Shown here in pieces: positions 9,909-21,416 of a DNA stretch of 64,000 bases; positions within the stretch are counted from its first letter, which is position 1, and each line of letters opens with the position of its first letter. A model generated the notes under the pieces. It was not told where the DNA came from and did no database searches. It was given only the letters and a program-made list of their open reading frames with translations. Position numbers and translations under genes: made by a program. This DNA comes from an uncultured Actinomycetota bacterium (GTDB lineage Bacteria > Actinomycetota > Actinomycetes > Propionibacteriales > Nocardioidaceae): contig CAWJOJ010000041.1 of assembly GCA_963844385.1 (NCBI GenBank), positions 71,412 to 135,411 on the forward strand. The letters run 5' to 3'.

Positions 9909-11524
9909 CACATCCGGAAGATGCCGTAGTTGGGTGCGGGGGTGGGCACGTTGGCCGCGACCGCCAGGCCCATGCCGAGGACGCGGCGGGTGTCGGCCGG
10001 GTCGATGACACCGTCGTCCCACAGCCGCGCCGTGGAGTAGTACGGCGAGCCCTGAAGCTCGTACTGGTCCCGGATCGGGGCCTTGAACGCCTCCTCGTCC
10101 TCCGCGCTCCAATCGCCTCCCTTGGCCTCGATTCCGTCGCGACGAACGGTCGCCAGAACGGACGCGGCCTGCTCCCCACCCATCACCGAGATCCGGGCGT
10201 TGGGCCACATCCACAGGAAGCGCGGCTCGTAGGCGCGCCCGCACATGCCGTAGTTGCCGGCCCCGAAGCTGCCACCGATCACGACCGTGAACTTGGGGAC
10301 CACGCTGCACGCCACCGCCGTGACCAGCTTGGCGCCGTCGCGCGCGATGCCACGGTTCTCGTACTCACGGCCGACCATGAAGCCGGTGATGTTCTGCAGG
10401 AACACCAAGGGGATCTTGCGCTGGTTGCACAGCTCGATGAAGTGGGCCCCCTTGAGGGCCGACTCGGAGAACAGGATCCCGTTGTTGGCGACGATCCCGA
10501 CCGGGTGCCCCCAGATCTTCGCGAACCCGGTGACGAGAGTCTCGCCGTACAACCGCTTGAACTCGTGGAACCGGCTGCCGTCGACCACCCGCCGGATCAC
10601 CTCGCGCACGTCGTACGGCGTCCTGGTGTCCAGCGGCACCACGTCGTAGAGCGTCTCGGCAGCGTCGTGCGGCTCCTCGATCTCCTCGGTGTCGTGGTTT
10701 CGAGACAGGCGCTGCGCGCCTTCCTCAACCACCGGGTGAGACCTGCGCTGCGCGCCTTCCTCAACCACCGGGCCGGGCAGGGTGTCGACGATCGATCGGA
10801 GGATCGCAAGCGCATGGGCGTCGTCCTCGGCGAGATGGTCGACGACGCCGGACGTACGGGCGTGCACGTCGCCGCCGCCGAGATCCTCCGCGGTGACGAC
10901 CTCGCCGGTGGCAGCCTTCACGAGCGGCGGACCACCGAGGAAGATCGTGCCCTGGTCCTTGACGATGACGGTCTCGTCGGACATCGCGGGCACATAGGCG
11001 CCTCCGGCGGTGCAGGAACCCATCACCGCGGCGAGCTGCGGGATGCCCTCGCCGGACAGGTTTGCCTGGTTGAAGAAGATCCGTCCGAAGTGCTCCTTGT
11101 CCGGGAACACCTCGTCCTGCATCGGCAGGAACGCACCTCCGGAGTCGACGAGGTAGATGCACGGCAGCCGGTTCTGACGGGCGATCTCCTGGGCGCGCAG
11201 GTGCTTCTTGACCGTGGTCGGGTAGTAGGTGCCGCCCTTGACCGTGGCGTCGTTGGCCACGATCACGCATGGTCGGCCCGCGATGATGCCGATGCCGGTG
11301 ACGACACCGGCGCTCGGAACGGCGTCGTCGTACATCCCGGTCGCGGCGAGGGCGCTGAGCTCCAGGAACGGGCTGCCCGGGTCGATCAGCCGGTCGATCC
11401 GGTCGCGAACGAGAAGCTTGCCACGGTCGGTGTGCTTCGTGCGCGCCGCTTCGCTGCCCCCCTGGCGGACGACGGCCAGCCGCTCGCGCAGCTCGTCGAC
11501 CAGCGGTTTGAGGCCGGTGTCCAC
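9908..11524 (-). CDS. Acyl-CoA carboxylase carboxyltransferase (beta) subunit, methylcrotonyl-CoA type
   Basis: [66 protein letters not shown] and C-terminal YGIFRM. Confidence 0.95.
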   Translation of the reverse strand: MDTGLKPLVDELRERLAVVRQGGSEAARTKHTDRGKLLVRDRIDRLIDPGSPFLELSALAATGMYDDAVPSAGVVTGIGIIAGRPCVIVANDATVKGGTYYPTTVKKHLRAQEIARQNRLPCIYLVDSGGAFLPMQDEVFPDKEHFGRIFFNQANLSGEGIPQLAAVMGSCTAGGAYVPAMSDETVIVKDQGTIFLGGPPLVKAATGEVVTAEDLGGGDVHARTSGVVDHLAEDDAHALAILRSIVDTLPGPVVEEGAQRRSHPVVEEGAQRLSRNHDTEEIEEPHDAAETLYDVVPLDTRTPYDVREVIRRVVDGSRFHEFKRLYGETLVTGFAKIWGHPVGIVANNGILFSESALKGAHFIELCNQRKIPLVFLQNITGFMVGREYENRGIARDGAKLVTAVACSVVPKFTVVIGGSFGAGNYGMCGRAYEPRFLWMWPNARISVMGGEQAASVLATVRRDGIEAKGGDWSAEDEEAFKAPIRDQYELQGSPYYSTARLWDDGVIDPADTRRVLGMGLAVAANVPTPAPNYGIFRM

Positions 11525-11582
11525 ATCGCCTCCCGTTGGGACGTCTTGGTGCGCCAGGCGGCGCGTTCCCGAGGTTACTCAG

Positions 11583-11727
11583 GTTAGTGATCGTTAACCA
11601 GGAGGTTAACGGTCACCAATCACGAACGTCCAGTCCGCGCCTTGGCCGCGGGTCTGGGAACGCGAGGACCCCTGGGTCGAGGTCTGAGGTCTGAGAACGG
11701 CAGGACAGCGCGTTAACAACCGCTAAC
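11583..11727. promoter_or_regulatory. Three GTTA(A/G)-N6-(T/C)TAAC-type TetR operators between divergent genes
   Basis: GTTAGTGATCGTTAAC 11583-11598, GTTAACGGTCACCAAT 11605-11620 (degenerate) and GTTAACAACCGCTAAC 11712-11727, the last overlapping the TAACCT -10 box of the TetR gene. Confidence 0.8.
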
Positions 11728-11736
11728 CTATTTGCC

Positions 11737-12273
11737 ATGAGTCGGCGTGACCAGATCCTCGCCACGGCGGCCGAGCTGTTCGCAACGCGAGGTTTCCACG
11801 GGGTCTCGGTCGCCGACCTGGGCGCGGCCTGCGGGATCAGCGGACCCGCGCTGTACAAGCACTTCGAGTCCAAGGACGCGATGCTTGCCGAGATGCTGGT
11901 CTCGATCTCCGAGGAGCTGCTGCGGGTCGGGCGGCAGCGGCTGGCCGACGGCGGCGGCCTCGACGGGCTGGTCGACTGGCACGTTTCCTTCGCGTTGGCG
12001 AACAAGCACCTCATCGTTGTCCAGGACCGGGACTGGCCCTCGCTGCCGGAGGATGCACGAGAACGGGTGCGCGCGCTGCAGCGCGAGTACGTCGACCTCT
12101 GGGCCGGCGAGCTGCGCGGCGTACACAAGACCCTGTCGGCAAAGCAGGCCAAGGCCCGCGTCCACGCGACGTTCGGCCTGCTCAACTCGACTCCCCACAG
12201 CGCGTTTCTGCCGGAGGTCGAGATGCGCGAGGTGCTTCGGGACATGGCGCTGGCAGCCCTAGGGGCCGCATAG
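11737..12273 (+). CDS. TetR-family regulator (BkaR/AccR-like)
   Basis: HTH AAELFATRGFHGVSVADLGAACGISGPALYKHF and FGLLNSTPHS; divergent from the carboxylase operon. Confidence 0.92.
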   Translation: MSRRDQILATAAELFATRGFHGVSVADLGAACGISGPALYKHFESKDAMLAEMLVSISEELLRVGRQRLADGGGLDGLVDWHVSFALANKHLIVVQDRDWPSLPEDARERVRALQREYVDLWAGELRGVHKTLSAKQAKARVHATFGLLNSTPHSAFLPEVEMREVLRDMALAALGAA

Positions 12274-12386
12274 CCCGCTTGCATAGTCCAAAAGGGCGCT
12301 ACTGATCCGCCCGGCACCGTGGTTCGCTTTCCGTGCTGAGACTTCAGCGTCCGGCGGGGGCCGGCGATCCCTTGGGGGGACCACAA

Positions 12387-13683
12387 ATGCTGCGCATCAC
12401 CAAACTCGCGGGCCTCGGCGCGGGAATCTTCGGGGCGCTCATCCTTGCCGTGGCCGGAGCCAACGCGTCGGGCATCGGCCACTCCACGGTCGCCAGCACC
12501 ACGCCGGCGACCTTCACCCCGCACCTCGTCGATGACGGCGCGTTCCGCCCGTACGCACTGACGATCAACCAGGCCGGTGGCGACATCATCGTCGGCGGCC
12601 GGTTCAACCAGGTCGAGAGCAGCAACCGCCAGACGCAGTACAACCGCAACAACGTGTTCGCGTTCAACGCCACGACCGGGGTGGTCAGCCCCTTCGCGCC
12701 GACCTTCAACGACCAGGTCTGGACCGTCCTCGGCAACGGCGACGCGGTCTACATCGGCGGCGAGTTCACGCACCGTCAACGGAACGGCTCGCCCCTACCT
12801 CGCCAAGCTCAGCCTGTCGACCGGGCAGCTCGACCCGGCATTCGCACCCAAGCTGCCCGGTGGCCGGGTCACCGACCTCCAGCTCTCCAACGGCCGGCTG
12901 TTCGTCTCCGGCGCCTTCAAGAAGAAGCTGGTCGCGCTCGACCCGAACACCGGCCAGGACACGACGTACCTCACCATTCCCATCACGGACGCGCTGCAGT
13001 ACACAACCCGGCCCGAGGTCTTCCGTTTCGACATCAGCCCCGACGGCCAGCACCTGGTCGGGGTCGGCAACTTCCGCTCCGTCGGCGGCTTCCGGCACTA
13101 CCGCACCTTCATGCTCGACCTCGGCCCGACGACGGCGACCGTTTCGCCGTGGTACTACCAGCCGCTCGAGCGCGACTGCCACGCCGCCGCGGTCTCGCCG
13201 GTCTACCAGTACTACGTCAAGGACGTGGACTTCTCGCCGAACAGCCAGTACTTCAACATCGCGTCGACCGGTGGCCACCGCATCAACGGCGAGGGTCCTG
13301 GCCAGGTGCTGTGCGACTCGGTGGCCAGGTTCAGCATCGCCAACCTGACTCCGACCGTGCCGTACTGGGTGAACTACACCGGCGGCGACACCCTGCACTC
13401 GGTGATCGACACCGGTGCCGCGGTCTACGTGCAGGGCCACAGCCGCTGGCTGGACAACCCCTACGGCCGCGACTACGCCGGCCCCGGCGCGGTCGAGCGG
13501 CCCGGAGGCGGTGCGATCAACCCGGTGACCGGCAAGGCGCTGAACTGGGTCCCACCCATGCCGCAGCAGAAGGGCGGCTACCAGATGTACGCCAACACCC
13601 AGGGCGTCTGGTTCGCCACCGACGGCAAGTACTTCGGGGGCAAGTACAAGCTCGGCCTTCGGATGGCGCCGGTCACGCCCTGA
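12387..13683 (+). CDS. Secreted beta-propeller-like protein (frameshift near 12770)
   Basis: Signal peptide MLRITKLAGLGAGIFGALILAVAGANA; repeated IVGGRF/YIGGEF/FVSGAF/VGVGNF blades with xxxTG turns, continuing across ORFs 12333.. and 12577..13683. Confidence 0.72.
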
Positions 13684-13689
13684 CCGCCG

Positions 13690-14538
13690 TCAGCCCGACG
13701 CGACCGAGTCGGGCGCATCGGCATGAGTGGCCCGTTGGAAGGCCCGACCGAGGAGGCTGACGGCCGCGTAGGCGACGACGACGCAAGCGGCTCCCGCCAC
13801 GACGTCGAGCACGAAGTGGTTGCCGGTCCCGAGCACGACAACCATCAGAACCGTGGGATAGGCAACGGCGAGGCCGCGCCACACCCGCGACCGGAGGCTC
13901 CACATCTGGATCGCGCACCAAAGCGCCCAGCCGAAGTGCATCGAGGGCATGGCGGCGTACTGGTTGGTGGCGTCGCCGACGCCGGTGGGCGCCGAGGCCG
14001 CGCTTCCCCACCACCCGTAGGTGTCGAACTGCCGCATCACATCCACGATCCCGAGCTCCGGGATCAGCCGGGGCGGCGCAACCGGATAGAGGGCATAGAC
14101 GACGAGGGCGATCGCCGAGGCCAGCACCAGGGTCCAGTACCCGCGCCAGTAGTACCAGCCCCCGATCCGCCTCGACAGGAGGAGGATCCCGGGGGTCGCG
14201 GCGTAGTGCATGAGGGCGTAGAAGTAGCAGGCGGGCACGGCTACCCAGGTGACCTGGGCCATCCACTCGTTGAGGGGCAGTTCGAGGTGTGCGAACAGCC
14301 ACCTCTCTGCGTTGAGGATGTCGTCGGCGTGCGCGAACGCCGCGATTGCATCCTTGCCCGAGGAACCGCGGATGACGTTGTAGGCAGCGAACAGGACGAC
14401 CAGGGCCACCAGCTCGATGACCCAGCTGCGCTGGAAAGCCTGGACGACTCGCTCGGAAAGGCGGGTCCCGAGTCGCTTCGCCTCTCCGCCCCGTTCCTGG
14501 TCTTCCTTGGACATACACGTCATGGCGTCTCCCCCCAC
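13690..14538 (-). CDS. PAP2-superfamily membrane protein (AUR1/IPC-synthase-like)
   Basis: YPVAPPRL, AAMPSMHFGWALW and GTGNHFVLDVVAG motifs; several TM helices. Exact start uncertain. Confidence 0.85.
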   Translation of the reverse strand: MGGDAMTCMSKEDQERGGEAKRLGTRLSERVVQAFQRSWVIELVALVVLFAAYNVIRGSSGKDAIAAFAHADDILNAERWLFAHLELPLNEWMAQVTWVAVPACYFYALMHYAATPGILLLSRRIGGWYYWRGYWTLVLASAIALVVYALYPVAPPRLIPELGIVDVMRQFDTYGWWGSAASAPTGVGDATNQYAAMPSMHFGWALWCAIQMWSLRSRVWRGLAVAYPTVLMVVVLGTGNHFVLDVVAGAACVVVAYAAVSLLGRAFQRATHADAPDSVASG

Positions 14539-15179
14539 TCCACTTTAGGGGTGCTGTCGAACTCTTTTAGGAGCCGCCGGGCCCGGACGGTCGCGTCGTA
14601 CGCAATCTCGACGTCGAGGGGTTCGGGCCGCTCGCGGCCGTGCAGCTCGGCAAGCAGCCGCTCGCGGGTGAGCCCACGAAGGTGTAGGAGGGTGCAGGGG
14701 TCGTCGTCGATCAGCCACGTGCACTGGTAGAGCACGGCAAGCGCGTGCACGCACGGCGGGGTCCACGCGTCGCAGGCGCAGGCCGACTCGAACTCACCCC
14801 CGTAGGGCAGCAGCTCGACACCGGAGTCCTCGGCCTCCTCCACCACGTCGATGGGAAGTCCGCCGGCCAGCAACGCCGCGATCCGTCCGGCCCGGGCCGC
14901 GATGACCTCGACGAACGCCCGATGCTGGTCGCTGTCGAGCACGGGGAGCTCGACGCGCGGCGACCAGAGCTGGTCCCGGTCCTCGACGGCGGCGAAGAAC
15001 GAACCGGCCTCGACCGTGAGACCGCCGACGACCCCGGCTCTGGCGAAGGCCCGTGCCTGGCGCAGGTCGCGTTCGCCGTACGCCGACTCCTCGACCGCCC
15101 GCACCCAGGCCTTGCCCCACCAGGTGTTGGCGCGGGCGGACCTGGTCCGGGCGGCGATCCTGGGATAGGTGATCGCCAC
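14520..15179 (-). CDS. SWIM zinc-finger protein
   Basis: TWWGKAW N-terminus; CACDAWTPPCVHALA (CxC...CxH); LLHLRG. The GTG overlaps the SNF2 stop (TAGTG). Confidence 0.85.
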   Translation of the reverse strand: MAITYPRIAARTRSARANTWWGKAWVRAVEESAYGERDLRQARAFARAGVVGGLTVEAGSFFAAVEDRDQLWSPRVELPVLDSDQHRAFVEVIAARAGRIAALLAGGLPIDVVEEAEDSGVELLPYGGEFESACACDAWTPPCVHALAVLYQCTWLIDDDPCTLLHLRGLTRERLLAELHGRERPEPLDVEIAYDATVRARRLLKEFDSTPKVEWGETP

Positions 15180-17897
15180 TACTCGGTCCGCCTCAACGTC
15201 ACCAGGTCGCGGAGCTCCGCGTCGCCGAGCTCCGTCAACGCCTGCTCGCCACTGGCAAGCACGGAGTCGGCCAGGGCGCGCTTGCGGGCGAGGAGTTCGG
15301 CGATCCGCTCCTCGATCGTGCCCTCGGTGACCAGGCGATGCACCTGGACCGGGCGGGTCTGGCCGATCCGGTAGGCCCGGTCGGTGGCCTGCTCCTCGAC
15401 GGCGGGGTTCCACCACCGGTCGAAGTGGATGACGTGGTCGGCGGCGGTCAGGTTGAGCCCGGTGCCGCCGGCCTTCAGGGAGAGCAGGAAGACCGGTGTC
15501 GCGCCCTCCTGGAAGCGCGCCACCATCCGCTCACGGGCAGCGACCGGCGTCCCGCCGTGCAGGAACTGATGGGGTACGCCGCTTCGCGCGAGATGCGCCT
15601 CGAGCAGCCGCGCCATCGCGACGTATTGGGTGAAGATCAGGACCGCGCCGGATTCGGCCAGCACTGTGCCGAGGAGCTCGTCGAGCAGGTCGAACTTCTC
15701 CGACCGGTTGCTCAGGCGCGGGTTGACCTGCTTGAGGTAGTGGGCGGGGTGGTTGCAGATCTGTTTGAGCCCGGTGAGGAGCTTGAGCACGAGACCACGG
15801 CGAGTCTCGGGGTCCGACCGCTCGATCCGGTCCATCGAGTCGCGGACCAGCGCCTCGTAGAGGACCACCTGCTCGCGGGTCAGGCCGATCCGGTGGTCGG
15901 TCTCGGTCTTGGCGGGCAGCTCGGGAGCGATGCCGGGATCAGACTTGCGTCGGCGCAGGAGGAACGGCCCGATCAGGTCGGCGAACTGGCGCGCCTTCGC
16001 GGGGTCGACTCCTGACTCGATCGGAGCGGCCCACACTTTTCGGAACGCGTTGCGGCTGCCGAGCAGGCCCGGTGTCGCCCAGTCGAGGATCGCCCACAGC
16101 TCGGTGAGGTTGTTCTCCACCGGCGTGCCGGTCAGGGCCACCCGTGCGGAGGACGGGATCGCGCGCAGCGACTTCGCCGTCGCGGACTGCGGGTTCTTGA
16201 CGTGTTGGGCCTCGTCGGCGACGACGAGGTCCCAGGGCACGGTCGCCAAAGCCGCGTGCGCGAGCCGCATCGTGCCGTAGGTCGTGAGCACGAACCCGCC
16301 GCCGGTCGACCCGGTCGCGACCAGGTCGGACAGGTCGCGCTGGCCGGAGTGGAAGCGGCGTACCGGAACCCCGGGCGCGAAGCGCCGGATCTCGGTCTCC
16401 CAGTTGCCGAGCAGGGACGCCGGGCAGACCACCAGCGTCGGCCCGACGCCGGTCGAGCTTGCGCCTCCGGTGGTCGAGCTTGTCGAGACCCGATGCAGGT
16501 GCAATGAGATCAGGGTGATCGTCTTGCCCAGGCCCATGTCGTCGGCGAGACAGGCGCCGAGGCCGAGTGAGGTGAGCTGCGCCAGCCAGGTCAGCCCATG
16601 CCGCTGGTAGTCGCGCAGCTGTCCGCGCAGGCCCGCTGGTGTAGGAATCGGGTCGCGGGTCGCCGCGCTGACCAGGTCGGCCCGCACCCGCTCGAGGGTG
16701 GCCCCCACGACGACCGGCACGTCCTGCTCCTCGACCGTCACGACACCGGTGAGAGTGGCGGCCAGCGCCTGCACGGGCTTGACCTCGCGGACCAGGCGCC
16801 GGCGCGCGCGACGCGCCATCCGGGGGTCGACGACGACCCAGTTGTCGCGGAGCTTGATGATCGGCGTGGCGGCGGTGGCCAGCCGGTCCATCTCCTCGGA
16901 GGTGAGAGTCTCTCCGTGCAGGGCGAGCTCCCACTTGAAGGAGAACATCGCATCGGGTCCGAACAACCCGGTCATCAACGGGTTGTCGTCCTTGCGGGGC
17001 GCCAGGACGGCGCGGGCGGTGAGCTCGCGACCGAGACTGCGCGGCCAGAGGACTGGTACGCCGCGAGACTCCAACGCCGCGACCCCGTCCTCCAGCAGGC
17101 TGGCGAGCTCGGCACCATCGAGCGTGATCGCATCGGGGACCCGGACCTCGAGCAGGCGCTCCAGCACCGGCCAGGCGTCGGCCGCGGCCTGCAGCGCGAT
17201 CGTGGCGTGGGTCCGCGCCCTGTCTCCGAAGCCGTGGCTCGCGTCCGGTCCGGACTCGGTCCACAGCAGGGCCGCATCGGCGACATGCGCCGCGTTTCGT
17301 TCGTCGTGAACCTGGAGGACCAGCCTGCAGGACCCGTCGATCAGCTCCTGCTCGTCGGCCTCGATCCGGAGCGACAACGTGACCAGGTGTGGCCGGTCAT
17401 CTGGCACCGGGGTCCGGCGCTGCTCGACCAACCGTCGCAGGCGCTCCGCAAAGCTCTCCTTGGTGGTGGGCGCGGCCGTCGCTGACCAGTTGTGCCCCGC
17501 CCCTGGGGGCGCTTCGCGGCAGCGCGTCGACGACCGCGTCGATCATGCCCCGGATGATGCCCTCAGCCGTCGCCGGGTCGACGTCGTCATAGGCGCGCGC
17601 GGCGGCAAGCCGGCCGACGCGGTCGTCCTCGGCCGCGTCCAGCGTCGCCACCCAGGACTCCGGCCCAGGGTGCATGCGCCCAGCCGCCACGAGTCGAAGG
17701 CCGAGCAGCGCGGCCCCGGACAGCAGCGACACCGACGGATGGGTGGAGTCATCGGCATGGGCCCGTGACAGCACCGGGAGCGCGCCGCGGATCGGCAGGC
17801 TGACCACCCGTCGTTCGTCGCTGAACTCGATCGAGCTCTCCCGCGGAGGCTCGCCGAGACGGAACCTCGCGACTCCGGTCACAGGGACGAAGCTCAA
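15179..17897 (-). CDS. SNF2-family helicase/ATPase (frameshift near 17480-17510)
   Basis: LRDYQRHG, LADDMGLGKT, DEAQHVKN, LTGTPVENN, LSLKAGGTGLNLT, WWNPAVEEQATDRAYRIGQ. The N-terminus lies in ORF 17397..17984, with a likely TTG start at 17897 after GGAGG. Confidence 0.9.
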
Positions 17898-18070
17898 GCC
17901 CGACCTCCAAACGATGAGGACAAGAGACGCTAACGCGCTGCACCGACATTTCGTTCCCGATCCGGCGCGCGCAAATCGCCCCAATTGGACGAAACCGCCA
18001 CCAACGGCCCACCCGGTGACTACTGTCGGCAGCCCCCCATCCGGACGATCCCCCTAGTCGGAGTCCCATC

Positions 18071-19558
18071 GTGTCCGTCTCCAGTTTGCGCACCTCGGCC
18101 AAGGGCGCGCCAAGACTCGCGCCGCCCGTCGTACTCCCGGCCGCCTCGCGCCACTTCGCGCAGCGCTTCAGCGGCGGCATCACGCCGGCCCTGACCACCA
18201 CGATCACGAACGCGGGCGGTGGCCGGGCCTGGTTCATGGACCAGCTCTTCCCGGCGCAGGTCGCGGACCCCGGAGGGCTGAGAGTCGACGGCTGGTTCCC
18301 GTCCTTGGCGCGCACGCCACGCGAGATCTTCCAACGCCAGCTCGACGAGACCCAGGGCGCCTGGGAGGTGATGTACGACCTCAGCCGGTGGACGATGGCC
18401 AGGCGGATGTTCAGCAGCCGCCAGCTCAACGAGGTGATGGTCGACTTCTGGTCGAACCTCCTGCACGTGCCCCTGATGGACGACGATGCGATGTTCTACC
18501 GGGTGTCGTACGACCGCATGATCCGCACCTACGCGCTGTCCCGCTTCGACCTGCTGCTCCAGCACTCGACCGTGCACCCTGCGATGGGCCTGTTCCTCGA
18601 CAACGCGGTCTCCACGAAGGATGCACCCAACGAGAACCTGGGCCGGGAGCTGCTCGAGCTGCACACCGTCGGCATCGACGCCGGCTACACCGAGCTCGAC
18701 GTGCTGCGGTCCGCCAAGATGCTGACCGGCTACCGCGTCGACCTGTGGTGGCCCTCGTTCCGGCAGTTCTACGACCCCACCGTCCACCACACCGGCTTCC
18801 TGAGAATCATGGGCCACAGCTCTGCCAATGCGTCCGCCGACGGTCGGGTGGCCACCCAGGCCTATCTGAAGTACCTTGCCCACCACCCGGCAACCGCGAA
18901 CCGGCTGGCCAGGCGGTTGTGCGTGAAGTTCGTCAGCGACCAGCCGTCGGTTGGTCTGGTGACCGCGGTCGCCAGCGCCTACCTCAACAACGACACGGCC
19001 ATCCGCCCCACACTGCTGGCGATGGTCGACCACCCGGAGTTCGCCGCGTCGGTCGGCGACAAGGTCCGCAGCCCGGCCGAGGACTACGTCGCGACGATTC
19101 GGTCCTTGGGGATCCAGATGACCCAACCGGTCAGTGACGCGTCGTTCGGGAACGCGATGTACTGGCAGTACCACGACATGGGGCAGGCGCCCTATGAGTG
19201 GCCCGCACCCAACGGCTTCCCCGAGGACAACCAGTCGTGGACCTCGGCGGGCCGGATCCTGACGAGCTTCGCGAACCACCGAAACCTCGCGGCCGGCTGG
19301 TGGCCGACCGAGCAGGCGACGTACCGGCCGACCGCCGCCTGGCTGCCGCCGCTGCCCGCCACCGTCGACGTGGTGATCGACCACATCGGCCGCCAGATCC
19401 TCGGACAGCCGCCGGGGCCTCTTGTGAAACAGGGAGTCGCCAAGGTGATCGGCCGCACGCTCACCCACCAGCTGACCGCGGACGAGGCGGACGAGTACTG
19501 GACCGTGATCGCAATCGTCTCGTCCCTGCTCGACTCACCTACTCATCTGCACCGGTGA
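18071..19558 (+). CDS. DUF1800 family protein
   Basis: QLNEVMVDFWSNLLHV, HPAMGLFLDN, PNENLGRELLELHTVG, HPATANRLARRL, GQAPYEWPAPNGFP. Confidence 0.9.
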   Translation: MSVSSLRTSAKGAPRLAPPVVLPAASRHFAQRFSGGITPALTTTITNAGGGRAWFMDQLFPAQVADPGGLRVDGWFPSLARTPREIFQRQLDETQGAWEVMYDLSRWTMARRMFSSRQLNEVMVDFWSNLLHVPLMDDDAMFYRVSYDRMIRTYALSRFDLLLQHSTVHPAMGLFLDNAVSTKDAPNENLGRELLELHTVGIDAGYTELDVLRSAKMLTGYRVDLWWPSFRQFYDPTVHHTGFLRIMGHSSANASADGRVATQAYLKYLAHHPATANRLARRLCVKFVSDQPSVGLVTAVASAYLNNDTAIRPTLLAMVDHPEFAASVGDKVRSPAEDYVATIRSLGIQMTQPVSDASFGNAMYWQYHDMGQAPYEWPAPNGFPEDNQSWTSAGRILTSFANHRNLAAGWWPTEQATYRPTAAWLPPLPATVDVVIDHIGRQILGQPPGPLVKQGVAKVIGRTLTHQLTADEADEYWTVIAIVSSLLDSPTHLHR

Positions 19559-19568
19559 GGAGCCCGAA

Positions 19569-20852
19569 ATGACGAATCACATGACGAACCAGACGACCAA
19601 CACCGCGAACTGCGGTTGCACCGACTTCACGGTGAGCCGCCGACGTTTCCTCGCTGCGGCCGCTGCCGGCGCCGCTGGCGGTGTGGCAGCCAGCATCTTC
19701 GGCGACGCGTTCCGCGAGGTGGCGTACGGCGCGGTCCCCGGCGGCAACGTGCTCGTCGTACTCAGCCTCCGCGGCGGCGCAGACGGACTCTCGATGGTGG
19801 TGCCGCGCGGCCCGGACCACGCACTGCTGGCTGGCTACCGGCCCGGGATCGTCGTACCCAAGGCCTCGCTGATCGGCGGCGACGCCCGGTTCGGCCTGCA
19901 CCCGGCGTTCGCACCGCTGCTTCCGATGTGGCAGGCCGGAACCTTCGGCGCCGTCCACGCGATCGGCCTGCCGACGCCCAACCGCAGCCACTTCGACGCG
20001 ATGGAGATGGTCGAGGACGCCGATGCCGGTTCGTCCCTGCGGCGCGGGTGGATCAACCGGATGGTCGGCCTGGACTCCCTGGCGCTTCCCGAGACGGCAG
20101 TCCAGCTGGGCTCGTCCTTGCTTCCGACCTCACTGGTGGGTTCCGCGCCCGCGCTGGGCGTCTATCAGGTCTCCGACCTGCAGATCGCGGATCTCGGCAC
20201 CGGCGGGGTCAAGCGCAAGGAGTCCCTCCGCGGAATCTGGAGCGGTGACCACACGGGACTCGGCAACATGGTCCGCAGCACCCTCGCGGCCACCACGCGG
20301 CTGGGGCCGCTGGCCGCGACCGAGATCCCGATGACGGGCTATCCCGACGGTCAGCTCAAGGCTGTGCTGGCCAACACCGCGGCGCTGATCAAGGCCGACG
20401 TCGGCACCAAGGTCGTGACGATCGACTACGGCGACTGGGACATGCACAGTGGCCTTGGTGGCAACGACCCTGCCGTGGGCTGGCTGCGCGACCAGGTCAC
20501 CCACCTCGCCGGCTCCCTGAAGGCCTTCTTCGCCGACCTCGGTGCCGCTTCCTCGCGGGTGACGGTGGCGACGATGAGCGAGTTCGGACGTCGAGTCGAG
20601 CAGAACGGCGACAACGGCGTCGACCACGGCTACGGCAACGCCATGCTGTTGTTCGGGGCGGGCGTCAACGGAGGCACCGTGCACGGGCAGTGGCCCGGCC
20701 TGGCCAACCTGACCGACGGCGACGTGTCTCTGGGCCAGGACTACCGCAGCGTGCTGTGGGAGGTGCTGTCCTCGCGATTCCCCGAGGTGTCCGGCGACCG
20801 GGCCCAGATCTTCCCGAACTTCGTCCCGGAGACCATCGGCTCGATGACGTGA
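19569..20852 (+). CDS. DUF1501 family protein with Tat signal
   Basis: SRRRFL twin-arginine motif; LRGGADGLS, FGLHPAF, NRSHFDA, WDMH, SEFGRR..N...GVDHG and DYRSV. Confidence 0.9.
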   Translation: MTNHMTNQTTNTANCGCTDFTVSRRRFLAAAAAGAAGGVAASIFGDAFREVAYGAVPGGNVLVVLSLRGGADGLSMVVPRGPDHALLAGYRPGIVVPKASLIGGDARFGLHPAFAPLLPMWQAGTFGAVHAIGLPTPNRSHFDAMEMVEDADAGSSLRRGWINRMVGLDSLALPETAVQLGSSLLPTSLVGSAPALGVYQVSDLQIADLGTGGVKRKESLRGIWSGDHTGLGNMVRSTLAATTRLGPLAATEIPMTGYPDGQLKAVLANTAALIKADVGTKVVTIDYGDWDMHSGLGGNDPAVGWLRDQVTHLAGSLKAFFADLGAASSRVTVATMSEFGRRVEQNGDNGVDHGYGNAMLLFGAGVNGGTVHGQWPGLANLTDGDVSLGQDYRSVLWEVLSSRFPEVSGDRAQIFPNFVPETIGSMT

Positions 20853-20910
20853 CCATTGTCTCTGCGCCGCCGTTTGGGCTGACGGCTGGGCTGATGGCTA
20901 CGCTCGAGCC

Positions 20911-21405
20911 ATGTCCCTGCTTGCTACCCCAATCGCCCGCCTCGACGGCACCCCGACCAGCGTCGGCGAGATCACCGGCGGGCGCCCTGCCCTGCTGGTC
21001 AACGTCGCCTCCCGCTGCGGCCTGACCTCGCAGTACGGCACCCTCGAGGACATCCACGCCAAGTACGCCGATCGCGGTTTCACCGTCGTCGGTGTGCCCT
21101 GTAACCAGTTCGGCGGCCAGGAGCCCGGCACGTCGGCGGAGATCGCCGAGTTCTGTTCCGCGACCTACGGCGTCACCTTCCCCATGACCGAGAAGGTCGA
21201 GGTCAACGGCCCCGGCCGGCACCCGATCTATGACGAGCTCACCGCGACACCCAACGAGGAAGGCGCGGTCGGCGACATCGAATGGAACTTCGAGAAGTTC
21301 CTCCTCGACGGCACCGGCACCGTCGTCGCCCGCTTCACCCCTGACGTCCAGCCCGACGACAAGCGGATCATCGACTGGATCGAGCAGCTGATCCGCCAGG
21401 CGTAA
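20911..21405 (+). CDS. Glutathione peroxidase family (Cys type)
   Basis: VNVASRCGLT, VPCNQFGGQEPG, WNFEKFL. Confidence 0.95.
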   Translation: MSLLATPIARLDGTPTSVGEITGGRPALLVNVASRCGLTSQYGTLEDIHAKYADRGFTVVGVPCNQFGGQEPGTSAEIAEFCSATYGVTFPMTEKVEVNGPGRHPIYDELTATPNEEGAVGDIEWNFEKFLLDGTGTVVARFTPDVQPDDKRIIDWIEQLIRQA

Positions 21406-21416
21406 GCTCTCTGACT

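Noticed and set aside
14520-17897. SNF2 + SWIM pair as a novel defence system
   Set aside because: This is a well-known conserved actinobacterial gene pair, with no accompanying nuclease, methylase or mobility genes.
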